Assembly (NCBI RefSeq): GCF_004010195.1
Contig: NC_057719.1
Location: 59,224,164-59,288,163 of the forward strand
Direction of reading: 5' to 3'
From: Chiloscyllium plagiosum
Lineage: Eukaryota
Length of the DNA: 64,000 bases
In this document: positions 52,591-64,000 of the stretch, piece after piece
How positions within the stretch are numbered: the stretch's first letter is position 1
Layout of the letters: each line of letters begins with the position of its first letter
Notes under the pieces: model-generated
The model's database searches: none
What the model was told of the DNA's origin: nothing
Seen by the model: the letters and a program-made list of their open reading frames with translations, nothing else
Position numbers and translations under genes: made by a program

Positions 52591-55500
52591 AAATATTTTA
52601 TATACACTATCACAACACAAGTAGATAAATTTGCACTGCACATTTTCTAAACAAACAAAATGTTCAGTAACCAAGGAAGTAAAGCACTCGCAATAATTCA
52701 ATTTAGAAGAAAATATTTTATATTACTATCACAATACAGGTAAATATACATCACTCTGCACCTTTGCTGAACAAAAGTACCCAGCAACCAAGGAAATAAA
52801 GCAGTTGCAATGATTAAAAAAAGTCTGAACATTTTACCAATACACCAAAATTTAAGTATGCCTTCAAATGCCATTCAACTTTGAGTGCTCGCATCAAACA
52901 TCCAATGATATAATCTATGACTCATTTTTATTTACTGAACAGAAATGTAATTAGCTATATTTGGATTCCCAATTAAGTACATGGCAAGTGGATCAACATA
53001 TTGCTCAATTGAATATCATAAAGTATTACACTTGTCAAACAACAGATAAAGTTTTAATCAAAAAGTTACACCTTGCTACTGTAATTCAAAGAGCATGCAA
53101 AATATGAACACCAGCAGATTGCTGAAACTATAATAAATAGTTAATTACTAACCCATTTATAGTGGGTTGACTAGCTTTAGGTGAAAGAACCATGTGGAGA
53201 TAATGGTTAAGAACTTTGTTTATTGCTAGAAACAAGCAAAGAATTGGTGCTGTGTCTACAATGATGTCCAAAACTAGAGACCATAGAAGGCTCTTTCCAA
53301 ATTGGACATGTTCCATTCCACAGGAATAAGGCACTAGTCATGTGACTAGATTCAACCCAGGTGTGTTCCAAAATCAGCTTCAACGATTGCTAACTCAGTC
53401 CACAGATAAGTCCTCTGGTGGGAGAAAATGGGGAGCTTTAAAACTGTTTTCTTGGCTACACATTAACTCAAGTGAGAAAAGGAAACTTACTCTTTCTTTG
53501 ACAGTCTCCAGTGGCCTGAAACACAGAACGGAGACAACATGGGAGATGTTCTCCATGATTATTGGTAAAGGAGACATTGGGACCTAGAAGTAAACTTTAG
53601 AATGTCATTTTGATTTTCAAATGGTGTGCTTCTTGGTTTATCAATTGCTACAAGCACTCAGAATCACGTACCAGGGATCCTACCCAGAGATTGGTCCTGC
53701 TAAAGTAGATTTCCCTTTATCAAACAGGTGAGATAGGGGATAATTTATTCCCTCACAGATCGCCAGGAAACTATTCAATTGTACTTTCAATCTTTAGAAT
53801 TACAATTTTTGCAGGTTACAAGCATTTTTACTAAAATCTGATTAAATTCAAATATTGTTGTCAAACAAGTCTACTCTTCCTTAATTCATACACAATGTAG
53901 TTTTAAATTGGTTCATAACTAGCACAAAGCATATGTCAGCCATAATTCAGTACCGTACTATGTGCAAGCTGAATCAGTGACTATAAATACGATGAGAATT
54001 TTTTTTTTTAGCATTATGACATAGTACCACTGAGTTTGGAAATACTTCAGATTGTTGAGTTAGATGAATGTTAGCTGGTCCAAATTATACATGATCTAGG
54101 AGCACTCTGGTAGATGCCAGAAGGCTGAAGTTCTGTTTGTAGAACAGGAATATCAGCCAGCGTATCATGAGTGCATTGTACATTATTAAGATAGTGACAG
54201 ATCTTCTCAGATTTACAAGATTCCCTCAATCATATAAACTCTGTGCATAGATTGACCCAAGCACAGGCTGTGTGAAGGAATCAATAGGAGTAAATGTGGG
54301 CCAAAAACTTTGAAGTTCAGGTACAGACCTTTGAAAGGTCTTGATAGTTCAAACTGATGTTTATTATGATTTTATCTTGATCAGAGCAAATTGTATGGGA
54401 AAATTAATGATGTTATTTTTTTTCTCAAAAGTGGAACTTTCCACAAAAACAAAAAAAAAGCAAAGGTGTGTCTGAATTTTAATAAGTTGACATCCACTCA
54501 TCCATTCTTCCACCATTGCTGAGTCAAAATGTTACAACATCTTACCTAGCAGTATCATGGAATATTTTTACCATATGGAATGGTGCAGGATGGTGGCTCA
54601 CCACCACCTCCAGATAGCGATGGCCAAAAATGCCAGACCTTCTAGGGCTATGTATAGACCATAAGTTAATAAAAAAAATATGCTGCCCAGATTTACAAGC
54701 TATGTTTATGTCTTTGATGAATGTTCTTTCCATATATGATCTAGTAAGACAAGTTGAAATAGACATAAATTATGGCATTGACCCTTTACTTTATCCACCA
54801 GCTAATGATAAAGCATTTTGAATAAAGTGATGCTCCAAGCTTAATGTAAGATGTAATAATTTATAAAGCATAACTGTAGATTGTAAATAAGCAGTGTAAT
54901 TTATACATTAGATGAAAGTACAAATCTTGTTATCCTGGTAACTGAATCATGTTTACAATATTGCTATTTATTTTGCATTTAAATTCAATAAACAGAGGAA
55001 ATAAATCATGACTTGTACAGTATAACATCTACTTACTGCAGTACTTTCATCAGCAATGTGCCATTTACAACTTCAAACAGTAACATCTGTTATTTAATTT
55101 CTAGCTTGATACTGCCTAGTAACATACTGATATCTCTACTCAGGATGGATTTCAACATGAGCAATTCAACCAAGGGCCCAATTTCAAAGCACGTAAAATT
55201 CGTATTGCCATTTAATACCAACATTGTAAAATTAATTAATTGACAAGCTTTGGCTCACAATTATGGTATCCAATTATTTAAAACTGTCCAAGTGGGTTAC
55301 AAAGATTTCCAAGTGCTGACCTTCTATGCAATTCAAGCCAAATTTTGAACGTACTTAATCCTGGCTTCTAGAGATATCTCAAATTCTATTTTGCCATGTA
55401 TTAGTTTTGATGCCCAGTCCTGAGGCCTTTTCATTGAAGACTGTTGACAATGAGCAGCAGTGGCAACAAAACTAAAGGTAGAAATGGCCTAAAGGAATAT

Positions 55501-58500
55501 CTGAGTCTTACTGTGGGCATGTATAGCCTGCACGTTAATAAATGGGAAGCAATTCGTTCCATCAAAGTTAATGCACTGGCATAAGATGTTAGCTTGCTCA
55601 AACATATTCCACAGTCACACTATGGGAAACCGGTCACAATGATCATGTGCTTATTACTGACAGTACTACTGAAAATTCTGCACACTACTCAAGTATTTTA
55701 ATCTTGTGATAAGAATTGTGATATTTTAACATTTACATCATAGGTTCAGTGACTATTTTCTTGTACGTGAGGAGGTGAATCATTTAATTAGCTACAGAAT
55801 GACTGGTCCAGCTAAGTCATAACTAAATGCGAATGAGGCAAAGTCTCAAGATCCAAGATATGTTTACAACAATCCACATGCAATTAAAGGAATGCTGATC
55901 TGGAAAACTGCCATTAAATAACCATATTCAAGCACACCAGGGAACAACTGCTTTGTTCAACTTATCTTGTAAAACAATCTTTCACAATGTATGCTGTTAG
56001 TACACAAAAGTATGTAATGCAGCAACTCACCAAGGTTACTTTGCCAGCCCTGCACTGTAAACTCTGCCATCAATAAAGAGAGGAGGAACAATATTATGGA
56101 CAAGCTACCTCGACTAGAAGACAGATTTTGAAATTCATTCAATATCACTGGGTTGAATATCTCTACTTAAATGTAAGTATAGGAGGATCATCAGATGAAA
56201 CAGTTGACATCCTTGGGCACTAGTTAAATTAGATATAAAGATAGTGGCAATGCCCTTGAGTAATAAAGCAGACCCCAAGTTAATATTCTGGGAACATGGC
56301 TTGATAATACCACAACAGGTGGTGAAATATGAATTCAATCTTTGAGAGAGATCTGGAATAAAAAGCTAGCACAAAGGTAACCATTTAAGTACTGACAATT
56401 GTTGTTAAAAATACCATTAGATGCACTGATATCCTTTAGGGAAGGAAATCTGTAGTCCTTGCCTCGTCTGGCCGAGATGAGACTCCAGACCAATACCAAT
56501 GTGGTTGACAGTTAACTGCCCTCTGAGCAATTAAAGATGGGACATAAATGCTGATCTGACTAGAGAGACTCACATTCTGTCAATAAAAAAAAAATACATT
56601 AGCCTGGCCCAGGCATTCCAAAGACCTTTTGATTGGCAGAGTTCTGGAGGCAGATGATTGCCATGTTTTCTGGCACTCTTTTGGGGGAATCAAAGCTGAT
56701 ATTGAAATTGAAAAATCTTCAGCTGTTATTAAAAGCTCAAAGAGGTAGTTCTGATTACAACAGAAAGGCATAGATTTCATGGAGACTTGGGAAATGTATT
56801 TTAAAAAGTTTTAAACTCCTGTCTCCTATGGCCAGCTCTGCATTTATTGCCCATCCCTATTTGATTTTGAGCCGATGACAGTGAGTTTCTTTCTTGAACC
56901 ATTGCTGTCTGGAGGGCTATTAAGAACTAACTGCATTGCTCTAAGTTTGGAAGCAGACATAGGTGTGGCAAAATTAAGAAAATGAAGTTTATTCCCTATC
57001 CTAGATAGGTGTTTACCAACAAGTTAGTAACTTTTATGATCAACATTGCATTCTTAACCCAGATTTAATTGACTATTTAAATACTTCAGTTGCTTTAAAA
57101 TTTGAACTTGTATCACTGAATCATTAGTCTCAGCCTTGGGATTACAAATTATCACATAAGAGCAATGAAACAATAACCTGTCACCCCTAAACAGTGTGGG
57201 TATGTGAATGCCATAAGAAATGGAGAACAGATGAAAACAATTGTACTATGATAGGTGTTTCTTCCCCTCTTGAAGGTCACGACATTTGTGCTGAATAGCC
57301 AGCTCAAGGAATGGGTGCCATTTTACTGCAAGTATTCAATAGCCACTGGCTAAGGTTCTGGATGAGGCCAACATAATTGCTTCAAAATGTTTTAGATGAT
57401 GATGACGATGATGCACCACAGGCTATGTGGAACTTTTTCCTGGAACTGATGTTTGAATAACTTCACGGATCAGAGAGAAATGGTCCGAATTCTTTCCTGT
57501 CGATAAAAGGACCCAGTCTTTCTTCAAATCTAATTGTTCTTTTGTTCCTCTAAGTAAATGGTACAGGGGTGGGGAGCAGGGAGCACACAACCCATTATCA
57601 TTCAAATGCCTTACTTTTTATTAGATGACAAAGTGAATCAACTAGTCTTTTACTGCATGTATCATTTACTTCTGTATGTTTATATTTCAATTCTGTGCAA
57701 AGAATTCTATAAAGATGAAAAATCTCCTTGCTCCTCCTTTTCTCAGATATTACTCAAATATAGGAAGCTACAGAATTCCATGGTACAGATATTCACATTT
57801 TTCCTGTTCTTGATAGCAAAAAGTCATCAATATATTTCAAAAGGTCTTCAATGTGTACGACGATAATTGCAGAAGGTCTCCAAGAACTGATCAAGATGCC
57901 AAGGTCCTGACAAAATACTATGCCTCGAGAAGGAAGCCAGAATGGTCATGTTACAGCTGTCTATTCATACATGATAGAAATACAGTTGCTGCAACTGTAC
58001 TTTAGCCTCTTCAATCTCCTGCTGAATCTATCAGTCCTTCGTACAATCTGGTGCAATTGGGCACTCCTTGCAGATCTCACCTGAGGTAAAAGCAGGATCT
58101 GCGACAAGAAAGGAATCCCATATTTGTCCAGCTCCTTCAGGCTACGCTCTTCCACCAGTCAGTCAATATATTTCACTGTTCCATAATGACATGTACCCTT
58201 TTGTTCAGGTGAAATATTATTCCAGACTTGAATCTAAGTGCATGCCACTGGAATATGAATGCAATAGGAGATTCTGGAAACACATAGCAGGTCAGGCATT
58301 TAGAGAAACAAAGGGGGTTAATGTTTCAGGTTGTTACCTTTTTTCAGAACGTGACAAAGTCAGAAATGGAACAAGTTTCAGGAAATTCAAATGGCAGAAA
58401 AATATGTTTGTGGGGTGCTGAGGAGGTTGAACAATAAAGGGATAGGGTGGAAAACAGATAAGATTAAGTGCCAAATGAGATGATTTCGAAGCAAAAAGTC

Positions 58501-58553
58501 ATCAATATATATCTATAACTGGAAGAACAGTTCCAGTACAGACAGTTATAGTA

Positions 58554-58780
58554 CAGGTAGTTCTTCCATAATATGTGTTGCATCAGCACGAATTCACGAT
58601 AGTGCAATTGATGAATTGAGGACGTTGTTTGCATCATGCAAACTTTCTGAATGGTTATAGCGGATTTTCCATAGCACGATTTTCTACAGCACAATTTCTA
58701 TAGCGGTTTCCTATAGCGTGATTTTCTACAACACAAGGTTGCAGAAGAACCCAACTGCCGTGTTACAGCAGAATGACCTG
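58554..58780. mobile_element. pogo/Tigger-type (Tc1-mariner superfamily) MITE
   Basis: TA on both sides (58552-53, 58781-82). Imperfect TIRs CAGGTAGTTCTTCCATAA / TTACAGCAGAATGACCTG. Internal ~15-bp tandem units resembling GATTTTCTATAGCAC. No coding capacity. Confidence 0.72.
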
Positions 58781-59281
58781 TACATGGATAATAAAGCCAA
58801 TGGCATGCATTCAATCCATCAGCATGAGGTAATTAATGGGCTCTACCTCTTCCATTTGCTCAGTTGTGATATTATTGCATTGGAAGGTCTTGACTATCAA
58901 CCCTGTGACAACCAAGAATTCTACATGAAAAGAGAAAGCAAAAGAAACAAAAGGGGAGGTTAGAGGAGTAAGCGAGAACAACAGTTATTTTCAACAGCTA
59001 CTGTTTGAAAATATGGGGCAGTAATCATGATCTAAAAATGAATGCAGTGTTGAATGGAAGGCTCAATTAAAAAAAAATGAAGTGATGCCTTTCAAACTTA
59101 CAATGTGCTTTAGTCACAGTATAGGAGGACTGTGAACAGAGAAACCAGAAAAGGGAGTGGGGCAGATCAGAAAGAAAAGACTTACATTTACATGGAACCC
59201 ACCAGATGGCTCAAAGTGCTGTCCGGCCAACCATGTCATGCTGAATTTGGAATGTTGAAAAAGAAAGGGGTGTGTGTGTGT

Positions 59282-59781
59282 NNNNNNNNNNNNNNNNNNN
59301 NNNNNNNNNNNNNNNNNNNNNNNNNNNNNNNNNNNNNNNNNNNNNNNNNNNNNNNNNNNNNNNNNNNNNNNNNNNNNNNNNNNNNNNNNNNNNNNNNNNN
59401 NNNNNNNNNNNNNNNNNNNNNNNNNNNNNNNNNNNNNNNNNNNNNNNNNNNNNNNNNNNNNNNNNNNNNNNNNNNNNNNNNNNNNNNNNNNNNNNNNNNN
59501 NNNNNNNNNNNNNNNNNNNNNNNNNNNNNNNNNNNNNNNNNNNNNNNNNNNNNNNNNNNNNNNNNNNNNNNNNNNNNNNNNNNNNNNNNNNNNNNNNNNN
59601 NNNNNNNNNNNNNNNNNNNNNNNNNNNNNNNNNNNNNNNNNNNNNNNNNNNNNNNNNNNNNNNNNNNNNNNNNNNNNNNNNNNNNNNNNNNNNNNNNNNN
59701 NNNNNNNNNNNNNNNNNNNNNNNNNNNNNNNNNNNNNNNNNNNNNNNNNNNNNNNNNNNNNNNNNNNNNNNNNNNNNNNNN
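59282..59781. other. Assembly gap (500 N) preceded by (TG)n
   Basis: Run of n. Confidence 1.
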
Positions 59782-59924
59782 AGGGGAATGGGCGAAAGTG
59801 GAAAATGGAACAGACAGTTTAGGAGCATGATGGTGGGCATCTATGGCCAAGGAAAATGGAAGACATCTGGAAGGGATGATATAGAAACTGGAAGAATGCA
59901 AAAGCAACCTTACCAAAATGAGAA

Positions 59925-60150
59925 ACAAAAACAGAAATTGGTGGAGAAACGCAGCAGGTCCAGCAGCATCTGTGGAGAGAAAAAGAGTTAATGTTTCGAG
60001 TCCAGTGATGCCATCATGTAACTGTTAACTGTTAACTTGAAATGTTAACTGTTTCGCTCTCCACCTGATGCTGCCAGAACTGCTGAGTTTCTCTGGCAAT
60101 TTGTTTTTTTTTTAAAAAGATTCCCAGCATTCATTGTTCTTTGTTTTATT
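59925..60150. mobile_element. Short inverted pair of Penelope-like ends (third family)
   Basis: AAAAACAGAAATTGGTGGAGAAACGCAGCAGGTCCAGCAGCATC...GTTAATGTTTCGAGT, mirrored by TTGAAATGTTAAC...GATGCTGCCAGAACTGCTGAGTTTCTC. Confidence 0.7.
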
Positions 60151-60199
60151 TTACTGCAGGGAGCAAGTGTGGTCAAGCTGCAGGAGTTAGTGGGTTGAC

Positions 60200-61420
60200 C
60201 GGACATTGATTAAAAATATTAGACCACCTAGAGATTATTTACAAAATTGAGCAATGCATTGGACAGTTTTTCTTTAATGCTTTATGTATCAGCCAGCATA
60301 GGTTTTTACAAGGATCTTGGTTGCACACCAAAATCCCAAACCATCAAAAGAATTCAGACACATTTTTTCATTCTGTTGTATATAAATGAATTGGTGTCAA
60401 AAATGATGTGAAGAGGTGATAAGTACCATCACAACTGATGTTTAGGGTTCAGAACAAGATATAAATAAATGTAGATTCGGCATAGGATAAAGTACTTTAC
60501 ATCCAATAAAATTAAACTGTTAAAAATTTTCAGTTATATGTTGATTTTTTAGAACAAATACACTATTTACAACACTGAATATTTGACATCCACTAAAAAC
60601 CCAAACAATCCGGATAAATTTTCAGATTGGGTTTGTTATATCATGGGGAGGAGATAGCTGCACGATAAAAAGTCAAGTCTCAAGGATACAAGGGAGATGG
60701 GTGCAAGATTTTTTTCTAATTATATAAATGTATCTGTAACATGATGGAAGCTGGATAAAACTGAGCACCTTAGCAGCATGTCTCTAAAGATATGTCACAA
60801 AATCTACTGAAGACAAAATAAAGTGGTTGAGTACATCTAAAGTAATTATGTTTTATTTGACATACTTTGGAGCTGTTTCAAATTGCAGCCAAGCAAAAAC
60901 TTACGGAAACTGGGAGAATTGTACTTAATAACAACACGGCAGTGATCTTAGTAAGGTCTAAACATTTCTCCACAGGTCAGGACTCTTCAGAAAATTCACA
61001 AATTTTATTTGATTGCTGACAGGAGTTCTACATGAGGTTCCACTATGTTACAATTAGAGAGAAAAAAAAGAAACAGGAATTCATGAGGCACGTTAAAAAT
61101 AACAATACTGATGCGGCTATTTGTTCATCAAGGCAGAATTTGGAGACTCTAGATCAGTGATTTGCACTGTAGTGTATATGGAAGCACTAATTTTAGAACA
61201 TGCCTTCAGACTCTATTGGACAGAAGCAATAATTTTATCTAACCAAGACAAGTAATTTTTAAGTCCTCCTTTGGTGTATTACCAACGCAGTGTGAATCTG
61301 TTCTGTTTAAAAGGCAAATAGCACAGACAGATGTTTTGTATAACGTGCTGAAATAGATTGCCAGCTCTCTTCGTCCTGCTAACTGCAGATACTATTTATT
61401 ACTTCAGGTCTCTTCTACAC
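60200..61420 (-). promoter_or_regulatory. Putative SEC23A 3' UTR with candidate poly(A) signals
   Basis: TE-free AT-rich tract directly after the stop codon. Minus-strand AATAAA at 61395-61400, 61004-61009 and 60852-60857; ATTAAA at 60273-60278. True end unknown. Confidence 0.55.
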
Positions 61421-61510
61421 TCAGGTAGCACTCGAGACTGCTAGCTTCTTCAGGTGATCCATGAACACTTGCAAGCTGACATCATCTGTCAGGATTGGTG
61501 CTCCAGCCTC
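61421..61510 (-). CDS. SEC23A: SEC23 COPII coat subunit, last coding exon (EAGAPILTDDVSLQVFMDHLKKLAVSSAT*)
   Basis: Acceptor ...TCTTTTCCTTAG|GAG, 29 codons plus TGA; matches the conserved SEC23 C-terminus APILTDDVSLQVFMDHLKKLAVSS. Too short to appear in the ORF track. Confidence 0.95.
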   Translation of the reverse strand, partial: EAGAPILTDDVSLQVFMDHLKKLAVSSAT

Positions 61511-61997
61511 CTAAGGAAAAGATTCATACACGGAAGTTAATTGAACAAGTAACCTTGCTACTTGTTACAATAAATCAGCCAGCCTGATGTATTATACTTT
61601 GAACTTATCTATACACTACCAATTATGAACTAAGATTACCAAACAAACAAAAAGTTATTATTCTAAAACAGTCCATTGATTACTGGTTCAGTACTCCTTA
61701 CAAGCATGAGCCAACAATAATTTAGTTTATTAACCTGGGTTTAGAGAGAACATCCTCTGCTACAAACGTATTGTCCTTATGAACAAATATTTCAGATAAC
61801 TACTGATGGACAAGTATTGACACCAAACAAAATAATGGAACTAAATATAAATCATGATTACATTCCTAACTCACCATCTCAATATATAATGTTTAAAGAT
61901 CAGACATAATAATAATAATGGGGACCATTCTATATGATATTTTTCAGCCAATAAAAATAATTTCAAGCAATCTCAGTTTGCCTGTTAAACTAGATTA

Positions 61998-62174
<177 letters not shown>

Positions 62175-62589
62175 TCAATAATTTTGAAGTGCTTTCACTG
62201 CTGTAATGGAGGACATTAGAGTCGTTTCTGACAATGGACGCTGTCATGCAGTTCACTGAGTCTGTGCTGGTTCCCTAAAGAGCTCAGTCAGTCCATTCCT
62301 TCTCTCTAACCCATAACCCAGCAGGTCTATTTACTTCAAGTATCCATTCTATTTCCTTTTGAAATCATTGGCTGTTTCTCATACTGCCACCCTCATGAGA
62401 AACAAGCTTCAAATCATCACGATCAATGTGTCTAAAAAAAAAAACCCTCCATATTGTGCGCGATTGCACTAAGTTAAAAAAAAGAAAAACCAAAAACTCC
62501 CTCTCACATTCCCTCTGCACCTCCCACTAAAAACATTAAATCTCTGCCCCCTAGTATCTGCACCATCAGCTAATAGATAGAGTTTTCAG

Positions 62590-63400
62590 TGTCAATTGGA
62601 CAAGCTGAGGGAGTGAGCAAATGCACAGGAGATGCAGTATAACCTGGATAAATGTCAGGTTATCCACTTTGGAAGGCAGTTTATTAGAACAGCTAGAAAT
62701 TGAGGGGTGAGCAATGAGGCCTGGCTATCCTCACACACTAGTCATCGAAGATAAGCATTCAGATGCAGCAGGCAGTAAAGGCGGCAAATTGCATGTTGGC
62801 CTTCACAGTGAGAAAATTTGAGTACAGGAGAAGGGATGTCTTGCTGCAATTATACAGGGCCTTGGCGAGACCACCTTGGAATATTGTGTGCAGTTTTGTT
62901 CTCCTTATCTGAGGAAAGATGTTGAGAGGTAGTACAATAAAGGTTTATCAGACAGACTCCTGAGATGTATGAGGAAAGGTCAAATCAGTTAGGATTATAT
63001 TTGCTGCAGTTCAGAAGAATGAGGAGGGATCTCATAGAAATCAAAAAAATTCTAAAAGGACTAGACAGGGTGGATGCAGGAAAGATGGCCCCAATGGTGG
63101 GGGAGTCCAGAGGCAGGGATCATGGTCTAAGGATACACGTAATCTATTCAGGACTGAGAGGAAGAGAAATTTCTTCAATGGAGTGGTGAACTTGTGGAAT
63201 TCCCTACCATAGAAAGCAGTTGAGACCAAAGCATTGTGTGATTTCAAGAAAGAGTTGAATACAACATTTGGGACTAAAGGAATCAAAGGATCAAAGTGCA
63301 AGAACAGGCTTGATGAGTTGCATGATCAGCCACGGTCATAATGAATGGTACAGCAGACTCAAAGGGCCAAGTTGTCTACTCCTGCTCCTATTTTCTGTGT
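62590..63400 (+). mobile_element. CR1 LINE 3' fragment in the SEC23A intron (antisense to the gene)
   Basis: QVIHFGR, LYRALARP, LQFRRMRRDLIEIKKILKGLDRVDAG, CR1 tail. A decayed minus-strand CR1 tail lies at ~62240-62580. Confidence 0.88.
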
Positions 63401-64000
63401 TTCGATGTTTGACCTCAACCACCTCATTAACCGGTCACAATCCTATACACTTGTATTGAAGCTGGGAAGGAGCAAGTTTAGATAATTCGAGTGAAAGAGT
63501 CAAGTAGAAATAGCACAAGCAGGAGAAATTAAAGAATAAACAGACTGGGACTCTAATTAAAGTGGGATTTCAGTAAGAAAATTTACAATAGTCATTGGCA
63601 GAGAACTTTCAAAAATTTGGAAAGTGAATTGTACTTTGGCTCCGGAAAGCAAGAAAACATCCACTTCACACGGATCAAGGTGTGAAAATACCATCCTTGC
63701 TGCAGAAAAAAAGGTGGAAAGGAATTTCAATCATGATTGCTACCCATTGTAATGATGACACACAGTATTTTGGTGGAGGTAGGACATTGGATGTTGTACA
63801 ATAGCTTTCTTTTTCTCGAATGATTTATTCATGGGTTGTGGGCATCACTGGTTGGACCAACATTTATTGCTCATTGTGAATTGCCCAGACAGCAGTTAAG
63901 AGTCTACCACTTTGATGTGTAGTCACATGCAGGCCAGACCAAGCAAGGGTGGCAATTTCTTTCCCTAAAGGAATTAGTGAACCAGGTGATAATCTGACAA

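Overview
Repeat-rich vertebrate genomic DNA, most likely from a shark or other elasmobranch. This is inferred from HE1-type V-SINEs, abundant CR1 LINEs and Penelope-like elements; the species cannot be fixed from sequence alone. The only host gene I can support is the 3' end of a SEC23 COPII coat gene on the minus strand (last two coding exons 62019-62084 and 61421-61510, SEC23A-like), followed by a TE-free putative 3' UTR. The rest is intergenic: a 33-bp minisatellite (1-~2758), nested decayed CR1, CR1/L2-group, Rex-Babar and Penelope-like retroelements, SINEs, a pogo/Tigger-type MITE, Gypsy remnants and three N gaps. Most notable: (i) repeated minimal hammerhead-ribozyme motifs in short Penelope-derived insertions, one with an intact core and a 12-bp target-site duplication (TSD); (ii) a fully bounded, internally deleted Mag-type Gypsy element with diverged LTRs and a 5-bp TSD; (iii) a ~1.9-kb inverted Penelope pair; (iv) clustered miR-200/miR-375 seed sites and a very proximal poly(A) signal after the SEC23 stop codon. 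I see no convincing wholly new protein-coding system. Most ORFs in the track are repeat or TE artefacts. TE boundaries are approximate unless TSDs are quoted.
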